A stretch of 64,000 bases of DNA, taken from NCBI GenBank assembly GCA_030528555.1, contig JAUMYQ010000003.1:44717-108716 (forward strand). The letters run 5' to 3'. How positions within the stretch are numbered: the first letter of the stretch is position 1; the number at the start of each line of letters is the position of its first letter. The position numbers and the translations under genes are program-made. Source of the DNA: Porphyromonadaceae bacterium (GTDB lineage Bacteria > Bacteroidota > Bacteroidia > Bacteroidales > Porphyromonadaceae). Positions 48,509 through 57,812 of the stretch are shown here, piece after piece. A model generated the notes under the pieces. That model saw nothing but the letters and a program-made list of their open reading frames with translations, was not told the origin of the DNA and did not search any database.

Positions 48509-50608
48509 ATGAACCCGATCTTCCGCACTCCGCTAACCTACCTCCCTGGCGTAGGTCCTAAGCGTGCTGAGGTCTTAGCAAGAGATCTTGAGCTGCGTAC
48601 CTATTGGGACTTACTTAATTACTTTCCTTACAAATATGTAGACCGCAGCCGTATCTTTTCTACTCGGGAGATACGCCCCGATATGCCCTACATTCAGCTC
48701 AAGGGCTACATCCGCAGCTGGCAGGAGGTAGGCGAGGGACGCAAGAAGCGACTTGTAGCGACCTTCTGCGATGCTGATGGCAGCATTGAGCTGACTTGGT
48801 TTAGGGCGCACGCCAGCATTCAGCGTACTTATACGGTCGGCAAGGAGTATATTGTCTATGGCAAGCCTAACTACTACAATCACAGCATCAGCATAGCCCA
48901 CCCTGAGATAGACGATGCCTCCAAGCAAGAGAGCGTGTCCTTTGGGCTTGTGCCGATGTATACCACTACCGAGCGGATGAGGTCGGGGGGGCTGACCAAC
49001 AGGCAGATCCGCCAAATGATGTACACCCTCCTCAACCTGCTGGATACCCACCTAGAGGAAACGCTGCCGCAACCACTTGTGAAGAAAGCTCGCCTAATGG
49101 CTTACCCCGATGCTATCGTACAGATCCATTTTCCCGAGAGCCACGAGTTGCTAGAGCAGGCGCGGATACGCCTCAAGTTCGACGAACTGTTTTTCATACA
49201 GATCAAGCTGCAAAGCCTCAAGCTCCAGCGTGAAAAGTATTATCGAGGGTTTGTCTTTCCTGAAGTGGGGCGTTACTTCAATGATATATATAGGGAGTAT
49301 CTCCCCTTTGATCTAACCAATGCGCAGAAGCGTGTCCTCAGAGAGGTGCGCCAAGATACGCTCTCGGGCAAGCAGATGAATAGGCTGATTCAGGGCGATG
49401 TCGGGAGTGGCAAGACACTCGTAGCTCTCCTTTCTATGTTGTTGGCTGTGGGTAATGGCTTTCAGGCATGTATGATGGCACCGACAGAGATCCTTGCTCG
49501 ACAGCATCAGGCCTCGCTCAGAGAGCTACTCGCCCCTCTAGGGCTGGAGGTAGGGCTGCTCATCGGGAGCACGACCAAGAGAGAGCGTGCCGACCTACTC
49601 CCACGTCTAGCCGATGGGTCGCTCAGCATCATTGTCGGTACGCATGCTCTGATCGAGGAGGGGGTTACCTTTGCCTCGCTCGGTATAGCAGTCATCGACG
49701 AGCAGCACCGTTTTGGTGTGGCGCAGCGCTCTCGCCTATGGGCTAAGAATAATACTATCTTACCTCATATCCTTATCATGAGTGCTACGCCCATCCCTCG
49801 CACCTTGGCCATGACGCTCTATGGAGACCTCGATATATCCATCATAGACGAGCTACCCCCTGGGCGCAAACCCATACAGACCATACACCACTACGACACG
49901 AAGATGTACCCCGTTTTCAATTTTCTCCGAGAAGAGTTGAGGACAGGACGGCAGGCGTATGTGGTCTATCCGATGATCGAGGAGAATGAGCAGACCGACC
50001 TCAAAGACCTTGAGAGCGGCTATGAGCGTTATAAAGAGATTTTTCCCGAGTTTAGTATCACGATGGTACATGGTAAGATGAAGCCCAAGGAAAAGGACGA
50101 GCGAATGCAGAGCTTCATCAGTGGACAAACGAAGATTCTGCTAGCGACCACCGTAATCGAAGTGGGAGTAAATGTGCCGAATGCCTCGGTAATGATCATC
50201 GAGAGTGCCAATCGCTTTGGGCTTTCGCAGCTGCATCAGCTCCGTGGGCGTGTGGGGCGTGGAGCGGAGCAGAGCTATTGCATCCTCGTCACGGGGCATG
50301 AACTTGGGCAAGATGCTCGTCGCCGAATAGATGTGATGGTTGAGACGACCGATGGTTTTGTCATTGCCGAGGAGGATATGCGCCTGCGTGGCTTCGGAGA
50401 GCTAGAGGGGACGAGGCAGAGCGGTAAGTTTCTAAGCCTCAAACTCGCCAACCTTACCAAGGACAATCAGCTCGTCCACTACGCACGCAGCTTCGCCGAG
50501 CAGGTGCTAGCGGAAGACCCTCAGCTCGCCCTTCAAGAGAACCAATCCCTCAAGCAAACCTACTTGATGCTCTATCCGCCCACCGACAACTGGAGTATAA
50601 TCTCCTAG
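48509..50608 (+). CDS. recG: ATP-dependent DNA helicase RecG
   Basis: QGDVGSGKT, DEQHRFG, SATPIPRT, QLHQLRGRVGRG, GTRQSG. Confidence 0.97.
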   Translation: MNPIFRTPLTYLPGVGPKRAEVLARDLELRTYWDLLNYFPYKYVDRSRIFSTREIRPDMPYIQLKGYIRSWQEVGEGRKKRLVATFCDADGSIELTWFRAHASIQRTYTVGKEYIVYGKPNYYNHSISIAHPEIDDASKQESVSFGLVPMYTTTERMRSGGLTNRQIRQMMYTLLNLLDTHLEETLPQPLVKKARLMAYPDAIVQIHFPESHELLEQARIRLKFDELFFIQIKLQSLKLQREKYYRGFVFPEVGRYFNDIYREYLPFDLTNAQKRVLREVRQDTLSGKQMNRLIQGDVGSGKTLVALLSMLLAVGNGFQACMMAPTEILARQHQASLRELLAPLGLEVGLLIGSTTKRERADLLPRLADGSLSIIVGTHALIEEGVTFASLGIAVIDEQHRFGVAQRSRLWAKNNTILPHILIMSATPIPRTLAMTLYGDLDISIIDELPPGRKPIQTIHHYDTKMYPVFNFLREELRTGRQAYVVYPMIEENEQTDLKDLESGYERYKEIFPEFSITMVHGKMKPKEKDERMQSFISGQTKILLATTVIEVGVNVPNASVMIIESANRFGLSQLHQLRGRVGRGAEQSYCILVTGHELGQDARRRIDVMVETTDGFVIAEEDMRLRGFGELEGTRQSGKFLSLKLANLTKDNQLVHYARSFAEQVLAEDPQLALQENQSLKQTYLMLYPPTDNWSIIS

Positions 50609-50692
50609 TGAAGCTTGATAGCCAGAATTTCAAGTCTCCATCAATCGTTTTGATGTACAATACTCAAGCATGATGATGTTTTAAGATAAGGC

Positions 50693-50813
50693 AAAAAATG
50701 CTCGGGAATACTCGAAAAAATGTTCCCGATCTTTTTTCTCGGAGTTCCCGAACTTTTTGGAAAAAGTTCGGGAAGTTTTTTTTGAAAGTTCCCGAAGATT
50801 TTTTGAGTAAATC
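50693..50813 (+). repeat. Dispersed ~115-bp intergenic element, copy 3
   Basis: Units start at 50699 and every 22 bp after; perfect central dyad TTCCCGAACTTTTT-GG-AAAAAGTTCGGGAA. Confidence 0.95.
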
Positions 50814-51036
50814 GGGGAGACATTTAATTGTCTAGAAATAAAACAAATAGAACTATACCTTTTATCGATGATGAATTGAATGAGGAGACGAAGCAGAAGT
50901 TTAATTCTGTTTCCTTGATCATTTACAGTTTCGCAAGAGGGTGTCCAGAAGTGGATACGAACTTTGCACCTAGAAGGAAGGAGATTTTGAATAGGTAGGC
51001 TTGGGTTCTTATACCTTTTATTGTATTTTTGTTCTT

Positions 51037-51231
51037 GACTTTGTGTGGTTGGGGTAGTGTCTACGTGATGGATAGAACCTCATCCGCTTAATAGGGAATC
51101 AAGTGAAAGTCTTGAGCAGTCCCGCTGCTGTGAGTGGACCATTGTGGCGTACCACAAGACCACTGAGGTGTCTAGATCCTTGGGAAGGTGTGGTTAGGCT
51201 AGAGTCTACGAGCCAGAAAACCTGCAAAGTC
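51037..51231 (+). ncRNA. Cobalamin (B12) riboswitch
   Basis: AATAGGGAA, AAGTGAAAGTCTT, CCCGCTGCTGTGA, CCACTG, TGGGAAGG and B12 box GAGCCAGAAAACCTGC; P1 GACTTTGTG/TGCAAAGTC; TATTTTTG promoter at 51024. Confidence 0.92.
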
Positions 51232-51352
51232 GTCCAATCGCTTCGAGGAAAGCGACAGTTCTCCAAACAGAGGGCTGGATAATCCCCGAGGGTGCTGCCC
51301 CCTCAGATGTAGGTAGCTGTGGTTTGCCAGACCATATGAGTTTAGTGAAAGG

Positions 51353-51420
51353 AAGCCTCTAGCTGGGGCATCACTGCAGAGGAATACCAATGAGGTGGTG
51401 CTGATGCTGGAGGCTTTTTA
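51353..51420 (+). terminator. Putative riboswitch-controlled terminator upstream of pepT
   Basis: Stem AAGCCTCTAGC/GCTGGAGGCTT with inner GCATCACT/GGTGGTGC pairing, ending in a T run 25 bp before the ATG. Confidence 0.6.
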
Positions 51421-51444
51421 TGATTTAGAAGAGTTCTAGTAAAG

Positions 51445-52698
51445 ATGAATATGACAATAGAGGAAGAGATTCAGGGAGAATTGTTAGAGCGTTTCTTGCG
51501 TTACGTTGCCATTGATACACAAAGTGATCCCAATAGTGAGACCTATCCGTCTACCGAGAAGCAATATAATCTTATGAGACTACTACTCTCGGAGCTACAC
51601 GAGTTAGGGGTAAAGTCGGCAAGGATAGACCAGAATGGCTATTTGATGGCATATCTTGAGTCTAAATCAGGGTGCGAGGCGGCTACCCCCATAGGGTTTC
51701 TCGCTCATGTAGATACTAGTCCAGATATGAATGGGGCAGGAGTTTCTCCTCAGTTGATAGAGAATTATCGAGGTGGTTCTATTGTACTCGGCACATCTGG
51801 GTACACACTTAGTCCACAGGACTTCCCCGAGCTTGCTGATCTTGAAGGGCATACCCTCATAACTACCGATGGCACCACTTTATTGGGAGCAGATAATAAG
51901 GCTGGTGTAGCGGAGATAATGACTCTAGTGGCCTACCTAATGCGCCACAATGAAGTATCCCATGGTAAAATATGTATCGCTTTCACCCCAGACGAGGAGA
52001 TAGGACGAGGGGTCGATTATTTCGATATCAAGCGGTTCGGTGCACGGTTCGCTTATACAGTTGATGGAGGTCAGGAGGGAGAGTTGGAGTACGAGAACTT
52101 CAACGCCTCGTCTGCTAGCCTAGTTATTCGAGGAAGAAACGTTCATCCTGGCTATGCCAAAGGTAAGATGATCAATGCACTACAGTTAGCACATGACATC
52201 CACGCCTTACTGCCTGCCGAGATGCGCCCTGAGCGAACCAACGGATATCAAGGTTTTTTTCACCTAACCAATCTAAAAGGAACGGTAGACAGTGCCGAGA
52301 TGCACTACATCATCCGAGATCATTGCCCCAATAAGTTTAGAGACAAAGTAGAGCTACTTCGTCACGTAGTGAGGACCATACAAACTGGCAGCCCCAATGC
52401 TACCATTGAGCTCAATGTCAAAGAGCAGTACCGCAATATGAGAGATCAAGTAGAGGCATACCCTGAGCTTATAACTTTGGCGGTAGAGGCCATGGAGCGA
52501 GCGGGCGTTCGTCCGCAAATCAGGCCTATTCGAGGAGGAACGGATGGCGCACGGCTGTCATTTATGGGGCTTCCTTGTCCTAATATCTTCACAGGAGGGA
52601 TGAACTTTCATGGCCGCTATGAATATGCCTCGCTTACGACTATGTGTCGTGCCGTAGCGACACTGGTACATCTGTCGGAACTGTGGTCTAGTCGTTAA
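51445..52698 (+). CDS. pepT: Peptidase T (tripeptide aminopeptidase, M20B)
   Basis: FLRYVAIDTQS, AHVDTS, LGADNKAG, FTPDEEIGRG, HPGYAK, IRGGTDG, NFHG. Confidence 0.96.
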   Translation: MNMTIEEEIQGELLERFLRYVAIDTQSDPNSETYPSTEKQYNLMRLLLSELHELGVKSARIDQNGYLMAYLESKSGCEAATPIGFLAHVDTSPDMNGAGVSPQLIENYRGGSIVLGTSGYTLSPQDFPELADLEGHTLITTDGTTLLGADNKAGVAEIMTLVAYLMRHNEVSHGKICIAFTPDEEIGRGVDYFDIKRFGARFAYTVDGGQEGELEYENFNASSASLVIRGRNVHPGYAKGKMINALQLAHDIHALLPAEMRPERTNGYQGFFHLTNLKGTVDSAEMHYIIRDHCPNKFRDKVELLRHVVRTIQTGSPNATIELNVKEQYRNMRDQVEAYPELITLAVEAMERAGVRPQIRPIRGGTDGARLSFMGLPCPNIFTGGMNFHGRYEYASLTTMCRAVATLVHLSELWSSR

Positions 52699-52718
52699 AC
52701 TTCATTTTGCTACGATCT

Positions 52719-53297
52719 ATGATAGAGATAGGAGACAAAATCGTTAGCCGAGATATTTTCGAGGTTATGTTTGCTTGCGACTATGCAGTATGCAAGGGTA
52801 TCTGCTGTGTAGAGGGTGATAGTGGTGCACCCGTGACACCAAATGAAGTAGATCTATTGGAGCGTCATCTCCCCAAGGTGCGACATTTACTCTCACCTCA
52901 AGCTCTTAAGGTTCTTGATGAACAAGGGGTAAGCTATGTAGACGAGGAGGGAGATCTCGTTACAAGTATTGTGAATGGCAAGGACTGTGCCTTTACGACC
53001 TACGATGATGAGGGTAATTGTCTTTGTGCCTATGAGAAGATGTATTACGCGGGAGAGATTGATTGGATTAAGCCCCTAAGTTGTCAACTCTATCCGATTA
53101 GACTAACACACTATCCAAGCTTTACGGCAGTAAACTACCATAAGTGGAGCGTTTGCCGTGCTGCATTGAAGAAAGGCAAGCGAGAGGGGTTACCTATCTA
53201 TAAGTTTCTCGAAAGACCACTCAGATATGCGTTTGGAGATGAATGGTATGTCGAGTTGGAAGAGGCTGCACGTCTACTTCAAGAAGAGGAACTGTAG
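52719..53297 (+). CDS. DUF3109-family Cys-rich protein
   Basis: FACD...CKGICCVEGDSGAP, DCAF, KPLSCQLYPIR. Confidence 0.85.
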   Translation: MIEIGDKIVSRDIFEVMFACDYAVCKGICCVEGDSGAPVTPNEVDLLERHLPKVRHLLSPQALKVLDEQGVSYVDEEGDLVTSIVNGKDCAFTTYDDEGNCLCAYEKMYYAGEIDWIKPLSCQLYPIRLTHYPSFTAVNYHKWSVCRAALKKGKREGLPIYKFLERPLRYAFGDEWYVELEEAARLLQEEEL

Positions 53298-53413
53298 GCA
53301 TAGGCTTTCGCCCATCTCTCCTTAAACTTTCTGGTAGGATAAAGCTAGGACGATATGCCGATAGCTGTATTTGTTGGTTCCACTCCTGAAGAGATCTTAA
53401 GAAGACTGTGTTT

Positions 53414-55351
53414 TTATTCACTCTCGAGTTGGATGGATAGCTGCTCCCAGTAGTTAAGCAGTTGCTCTTGCTCGATCTTTAGGCTTTGATAGTTTTCGAA
53501 GAGAGAGACACTAGCATTGCTAGTCTGATTTGAGAGCATGAGTTCGAGAGATTGCAACTCAGCGTCTATCGCCTCACTGCGTACTTCTATTTGTTCCAAC
53601 TCTCTCTCTAGAGCACGTCGTTTCTTCTGCTTTTCCTTCTGCTTCTGGTAATCCATGGCCCCAGCAGATGGGATAATTGAGGCTGAAATTGTAGAGGAGG
53701 GGGAGATGTCTCCCTTGAAAGTAGGTGTTGTTTGCTCGTTCTCTTTGTCCTTCTTGTGTAACCAGTCAGTGATGCCTCCGATATGCTCAAGGACAGTTCT
53801 TTGCCTAAATTCATATACACGCTCCACGAGCCCGTCCAAAAATACCCTGTCGTGTGAAACGACAATCACTGTGCCATCAAACTGCCTAATAGCCTCTTTG
53901 AGAACTTCCTTGGAACGAATGTCCAAATGATTAGTTGGCTCATCAAGAATAAGTACATTGGCTGGGTGTAGCAGTAATTTGATGAGAGCGAGCCGTCCTC
54001 TCTCTCCTCCACTTAGTACAGCGACTTTCTTATCACTCGCTGCTCCGCCAAACATAAATGCCCCAAGGAGATCGTTAATTTTGCTCCGCATTTCACCCTT
54101 AGCTTCATGATCTACGACATCGTAGACACTCCAATGATCACACAAACCTTGGGCTTCACTCTGGGCAAAATATCCGACCTCGACCTGATGCCCCAAGTGA
54201 AGTGATCCTGTATAGTCTTCAATCTCGCCCATGATACATTTAATGAGCGTGGACTTCCCCGAGCCATTCTTGCCTACGAATGCCACTTTTTCTCCTCGCT
54301 TGATACTCATATTTACCCCTGAAAGAACGGTATGAGCCCCATAGCTCTTGCCAAGATCTTCAATGACAATGGGAAAAGCTCCCGAGGGAAGAGTAGGTGT
54401 GAACTGAAAGTGTATGCGTTTGCGATCAATTTCCTCTAAGTCTATACGCTCGAGTTTTTCCAGCTGTTTGATGCGGCTTTGCACTTGTACTGCTTTAGTT
54501 GCCTTGTATCGGAAGCGCTCAATGAAGGCTTCAGTTTCTTGAATACTTTTTTGCTGGTTTTCATAGGCGCATCGCTGCTGTTCTAGGCGTTCTGCGCGCA
54601 GTTTTAGATAGTGGGTGTGGTTGGTCTTGTAGTCATGTGTACGTCCTAACTCTATTTCGATGGTACGATTAGTCGTTGCATCCAGAAATGCTTGGTCGTG
54701 CGAGATGAGCAGGAGTGCACTGGAGCTGGAGGTAATGAAGTTCTCAAGCCAACGAATGGACTCGATATCTAGATGGTTGGTAGGCTCATCAAGGAGGAGG
54801 AGGTCAGGCTTTTGTAATAAAATCTTAGCGAGTTCGATACGCATTCGCCAACCACCACTGAAAGTAGAGGAGGGGCGATGAAAGTCTTCTCGCTCGAAGC
54901 CTAAGCCTAGGAGTGTTCGTTCTATAAGCGCATGGTAATTACCACTTGAGACTAGGCTCAGCTCATCATTACGTTGGCTGTAGGTGGCTATGAGTGCCAT
55001 GTAATCTTCTGTGTCGAAATCGGAGCGTTCAGACATTTCTTTACCAAGCCTATCCACCTCGGTTTGCAGTTCTCTAATATCGCTAAAGACTTCCTCACAT
55101 TCTTCGTAGACGGTGCGCCCATCAGTATGTGTCATTACTTGAGGTAAATAGCCTAGTCGGATATCTTTACGTCTGCTGATCGTCCCCTGACTAGGGCTGT
55201 CAATACCTGCGATTAGTTTGAGCAGGGTAGACTTACCTGCTCCATTTTTTCCTGCTAAGGCAATACGTTCCTTAGTAGAGATGACGAAAGTCACATCGGC
55301 AAATAAGGTAAAGTCCCCAAAGAGTACGGCAACGTTGTTTAGAGAAATCAT
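53414..55351 (-). CDS. ABC-F family ATPase with C-terminal coiled-coil extension
   Basis: Two NBDs, FSGGWRMRIELAK, LDEPTNHLD twice, helical C-terminal domain. Confidence 0.93.
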   Translation of the reverse strand: MISLNNVAVLFGDFTLFADVTFVISTKERIALAGKNGAGKSTLLKLIAGIDSPSQGTISRRKDIRLGYLPQVMTHTDGRTVYEECEEVFSDIRELQTEVDRLGKEMSERSDFDTEDYMALIATYSQRNDELSLVSSGNYHALIERTLLGLGFEREDFHRPSSTFSGGWRMRIELAKILLQKPDLLLLDEPTNHLDIESIRWLENFITSSSSALLLISHDQAFLDATTNRTIEIELGRTHDYKTNHTHYLKLRAERLEQQRCAYENQQKSIQETEAFIERFRYKATKAVQVQSRIKQLEKLERIDLEEIDRKRIHFQFTPTLPSGAFPIVIEDLGKSYGAHTVLSGVNMSIKRGEKVAFVGKNGSGKSTLIKCIMGEIEDYTGSLHLGHQVEVGYFAQSEAQGLCDHWSVYDVVDHEAKGEMRSKINDLLGAFMFGGAASDKKVAVLSGGERGRLALIKLLLHPANVLILDEPTNHLDIRSKEVLKEAIRQFDGTVIVVSHDRVFLDGLVERVYEFRQRTVLEHIGGITDWLHKKDKENEQTTPTFKGDISPSSTISASIIPSAGAMDYQKQKEKQKKRRALERELEQIEVRSEAIDAELQSLELMLSNQTSNASVSLFENYQSLKIEQEQLLNYWEQLSIQLESE

Positions 55352-55360
55352 AGGGCTCGT

Positions 55361-57391
55361 TTAGTCTCTGCTGATACGTTTCATAATGTTGTAGGCCTGA
55401 TATAGTCCGAGCTCTCCTGCTTGACTCAGGTCTGCTATTCCTTCGTCCTTCTTGCCCTGAGAGAGTAGCAATAGTCCTCGATTGAAATATGCCTCAGCCA
55501 TTCGAGGAGATAGCTTGAGGGCGTTGGTATAGTCGCTAAGTGCAGCTGATGCATCACCTAACCGGCTGTGAAGTAAGGCTCGATTGTAGTAGGCATGAGC
55601 AAATTTTGGTGTAAGCCTAATGAGAGTATCTAGATCTTTCTTAGCACTAGTCTCGTAGCTAATAGCTGTAATTGTGCCATTGGGTCTAAGCGATATTGTA
55701 GATGTAGGCTCATTGTTCTGTTGCTCTATATCATGTTTGCGCATCAAGGCAATAGATCTAGCCAAATACGCCAATCTGTATTGTCCATCAAGGGCTATAG
55801 CTTTATTTAAAAACTCTATTGAAAAGTCGTAGTCTTGTAGTAAGATATAGGCAATAGCACGATGTAGATAGGCTCGCTTAGGCTGACCTGTAGAGTCGGG
55901 TATATCTTTTCGGATGATGGTTTCAAGAGCTTGGATTTCTTCTTTAGAGAGTGCGTAGGGCTCGCTGTATAGCTTAAGTCTGTGATTTAAGTTAGATAGG
56001 TTGCTCTCGTCCTCCAGGAGTTTCTCCGTATGCTGCGCGGTGACGTAAGGCTTACTCTCAGTAGCTAATTGGCTAAAATAGGTGAGGTAAAAAGGAGGGC
56101 AGGGTATCACTTGAGTATCTCTGTCTTGTACACGCCCTCGAGCTATACTACTATACTTAGGTTTGTAGTTTGAGAGATCTACTCGCTCCTCGATAAGCAT
56201 CGCGTATTTATCTATCTCGGTATCTTGTACTGTACGAGTGCTTCGGTTGTGATTCTTGATGGCTTGAGTATGAGCTGAGTTACGGTATCGCTTGTTCTGT
56301 TGCAAATCCCATGCATGCCAATAGTCACGCTCTGCTCCTTTGTGATCGTTGAGAGCCTTGCGGAGTTGGGAGCGTAGCCAAAATCCATCTATAAAGGAGG
56401 GATATTCGCTCAAAACTATGTCTAGATCTCGAAGGGCATCTTGCCAGCGCCCGACTTTTTGAGCTAATATAGCTCGGTTGTAACGAGCTGTATGATTATT
56501 GGGCTCTAGGCGCAGTACTTCGTTCCAGTCAGAGAGGGCTGCCTCTTGCTCGCCAACGAGCGTTCGAAGCAAGGCTCTGTTGTAGCGAGCGACCCGATTC
56601 TTAGGTTCTAATTTGAGTGCATCACTGTAGTCATCCATTGCTTGGCGTAGCTTGTTGATACGGTAATGCAAGATTCCTCTATTAGTTAGTAGGCCTGCCT
56701 CTCCTGGTTCTAACTCGATGGCTCTATTTAGATCTTGTAGGCTGGCGGGGTAGTGTTCTTGAGAGGCGTAAATGTGTGAGCGTAGCTTGTAAGGCATAGC
56801 TTGAGTGCTGTCTAGGGCTAGAGCTTCGTTTATACGTTGCATAGCTAGCACAGTATCTCCTTGCTCTAGAGCTATACTTGCTCCAAGGTGGTGAGCCTCT
56901 GTATTCTTTGGAGTATAGTTCAGTAGAGAAGAGAGGACTTCTTCGGCCTCACGGTATGCCTTTTCTTGACTATAAGCAAGAGCTAGGTTTAGCCCCATCC
57001 CTAGATCATTGGGTACAAGTTCTAGCCCTCTCGTGTAGTCAGCAATGGCATCTTGCCTTTGTCTCAGATTTTGTCGGGCAATGCCTCGTACAAGGTACGC
57101 CTTGCTAATGAATGGATTACGCTCTAGGCAGAGGCTGGCATCTGCTGCCGCTCCACTGTAATCTTCCAGGTTAATTTTGGCAACAGCTCTATAATAATAT
57201 GGCAGAGCAAGCCATGGACGAGCGTCTATGGCTTGGTTGAAGTAACCGATAGATACGACATAGTCGTTGAAGTGAAGCGCATTACGCCCAATCGATATTA
57301 CACGCTCGACATCAATTTGAGTGTATGCTTGGACTATGCTTGCCATAAAAGCGAGCCACAAGCCAAGTTTTTTGGATAATCTAGCTCTCAT
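55361..57391 (-). CDS. Exported tetratricopeptide-repeat protein
   Basis: Signal peptide and many TPR units (YYYRA, YLVRG, RYNRA, YYNRA, YFNRG); TATCTTTG promoter at 57431-57438 (minus). Confidence 0.88.
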   Translation of the reverse strand: MRARLSKKLGLWLAFMASIVQAYTQIDVERVISIGRNALHFNDYVVSIGYFNQAIDARPWLALPYYYRAVAKINLEDYSGAAADASLCLERNPFISKAYLVRGIARQNLRQRQDAIADYTRGLELVPNDLGMGLNLALAYSQEKAYREAEEVLSSLLNYTPKNTEAHHLGASIALEQGDTVLAMQRINEALALDSTQAMPYKLRSHIYASQEHYPASLQDLNRAIELEPGEAGLLTNRGILHYRINKLRQAMDDYSDALKLEPKNRVARYNRALLRTLVGEQEAALSDWNEVLRLEPNNHTARYNRAILAQKVGRWQDALRDLDIVLSEYPSFIDGFWLRSQLRKALNDHKGAERDYWHAWDLQQNKRYRNSAHTQAIKNHNRSTRTVQDTEIDKYAMLIEERVDLSNYKPKYSSIARGRVQDRDTQVIPCPPFYLTYFSQLATESKPYVTAQHTEKLLEDESNLSNLNHRLKLYSEPYALSKEEIQALETIIRKDIPDSTGQPKRAYLHRAIAYILLQDYDFSIEFLNKAIALDGQYRLAYLARSIALMRKHDIEQQNNEPTSTISLRPNGTITAISYETSAKKDLDTLIRLTPKFAHAYYNRALLHSRLGDASAALSDYTNALKLSPRMAEAYFNRGLLLLSQGKKDEGIADLSQAGELGLYQAYNIMKRISRD

Positions 57392-57592
57392 TATGTTAAG
57401 TTATGTATCTCTACTCCTGTATGCATGGGACAAAGATAGCTTAGTTTTGTTGACCATATCCCTATTTTACTTAGAGAGTATGGAGTAATGCAAGGGTAGC
57501 ACGTTGAAATCAGAGAGAATGATTCAAGCAATTTACAGCCTCAATTGAGAATTTCATAATATACTTATATATAATTAGTTATATTTTCTCTT

Positions 57593-57711
57593 GATTTACT
57601 CAAAAAATCTTCGGGAACTTTCAAAAAAAACTTCCCGAACTTTTTAGAAAAAGTTCGGGAACTCCGAGAAAAAAGATCGGGAACATTTTTTCGAGTATTC
57701 CCGAGCATTTT
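57593..57711 (-). repeat. Dispersed ~115-bp intergenic element, copy 4
   Basis: Reverse complement matches copy 3 except the two bases at the dyad centre; also shares the GAGTAAATC tail. Confidence 0.95.
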
Positions 57712-57812
57712 CCTTCTTAATGAGGTGTAACAAAAGTACGCCCTAAGGGGATTTAATTAAACTGTTTATTTACAGTTCATTCTGTATTTATTTCCTCTGT
57801 ATGGAACTAGCC

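Noticed and set aside
51199-51390. 63-aa minus-strand ORF
   Set aside because: Antisense to the riboswitch expression platform with no coding signature
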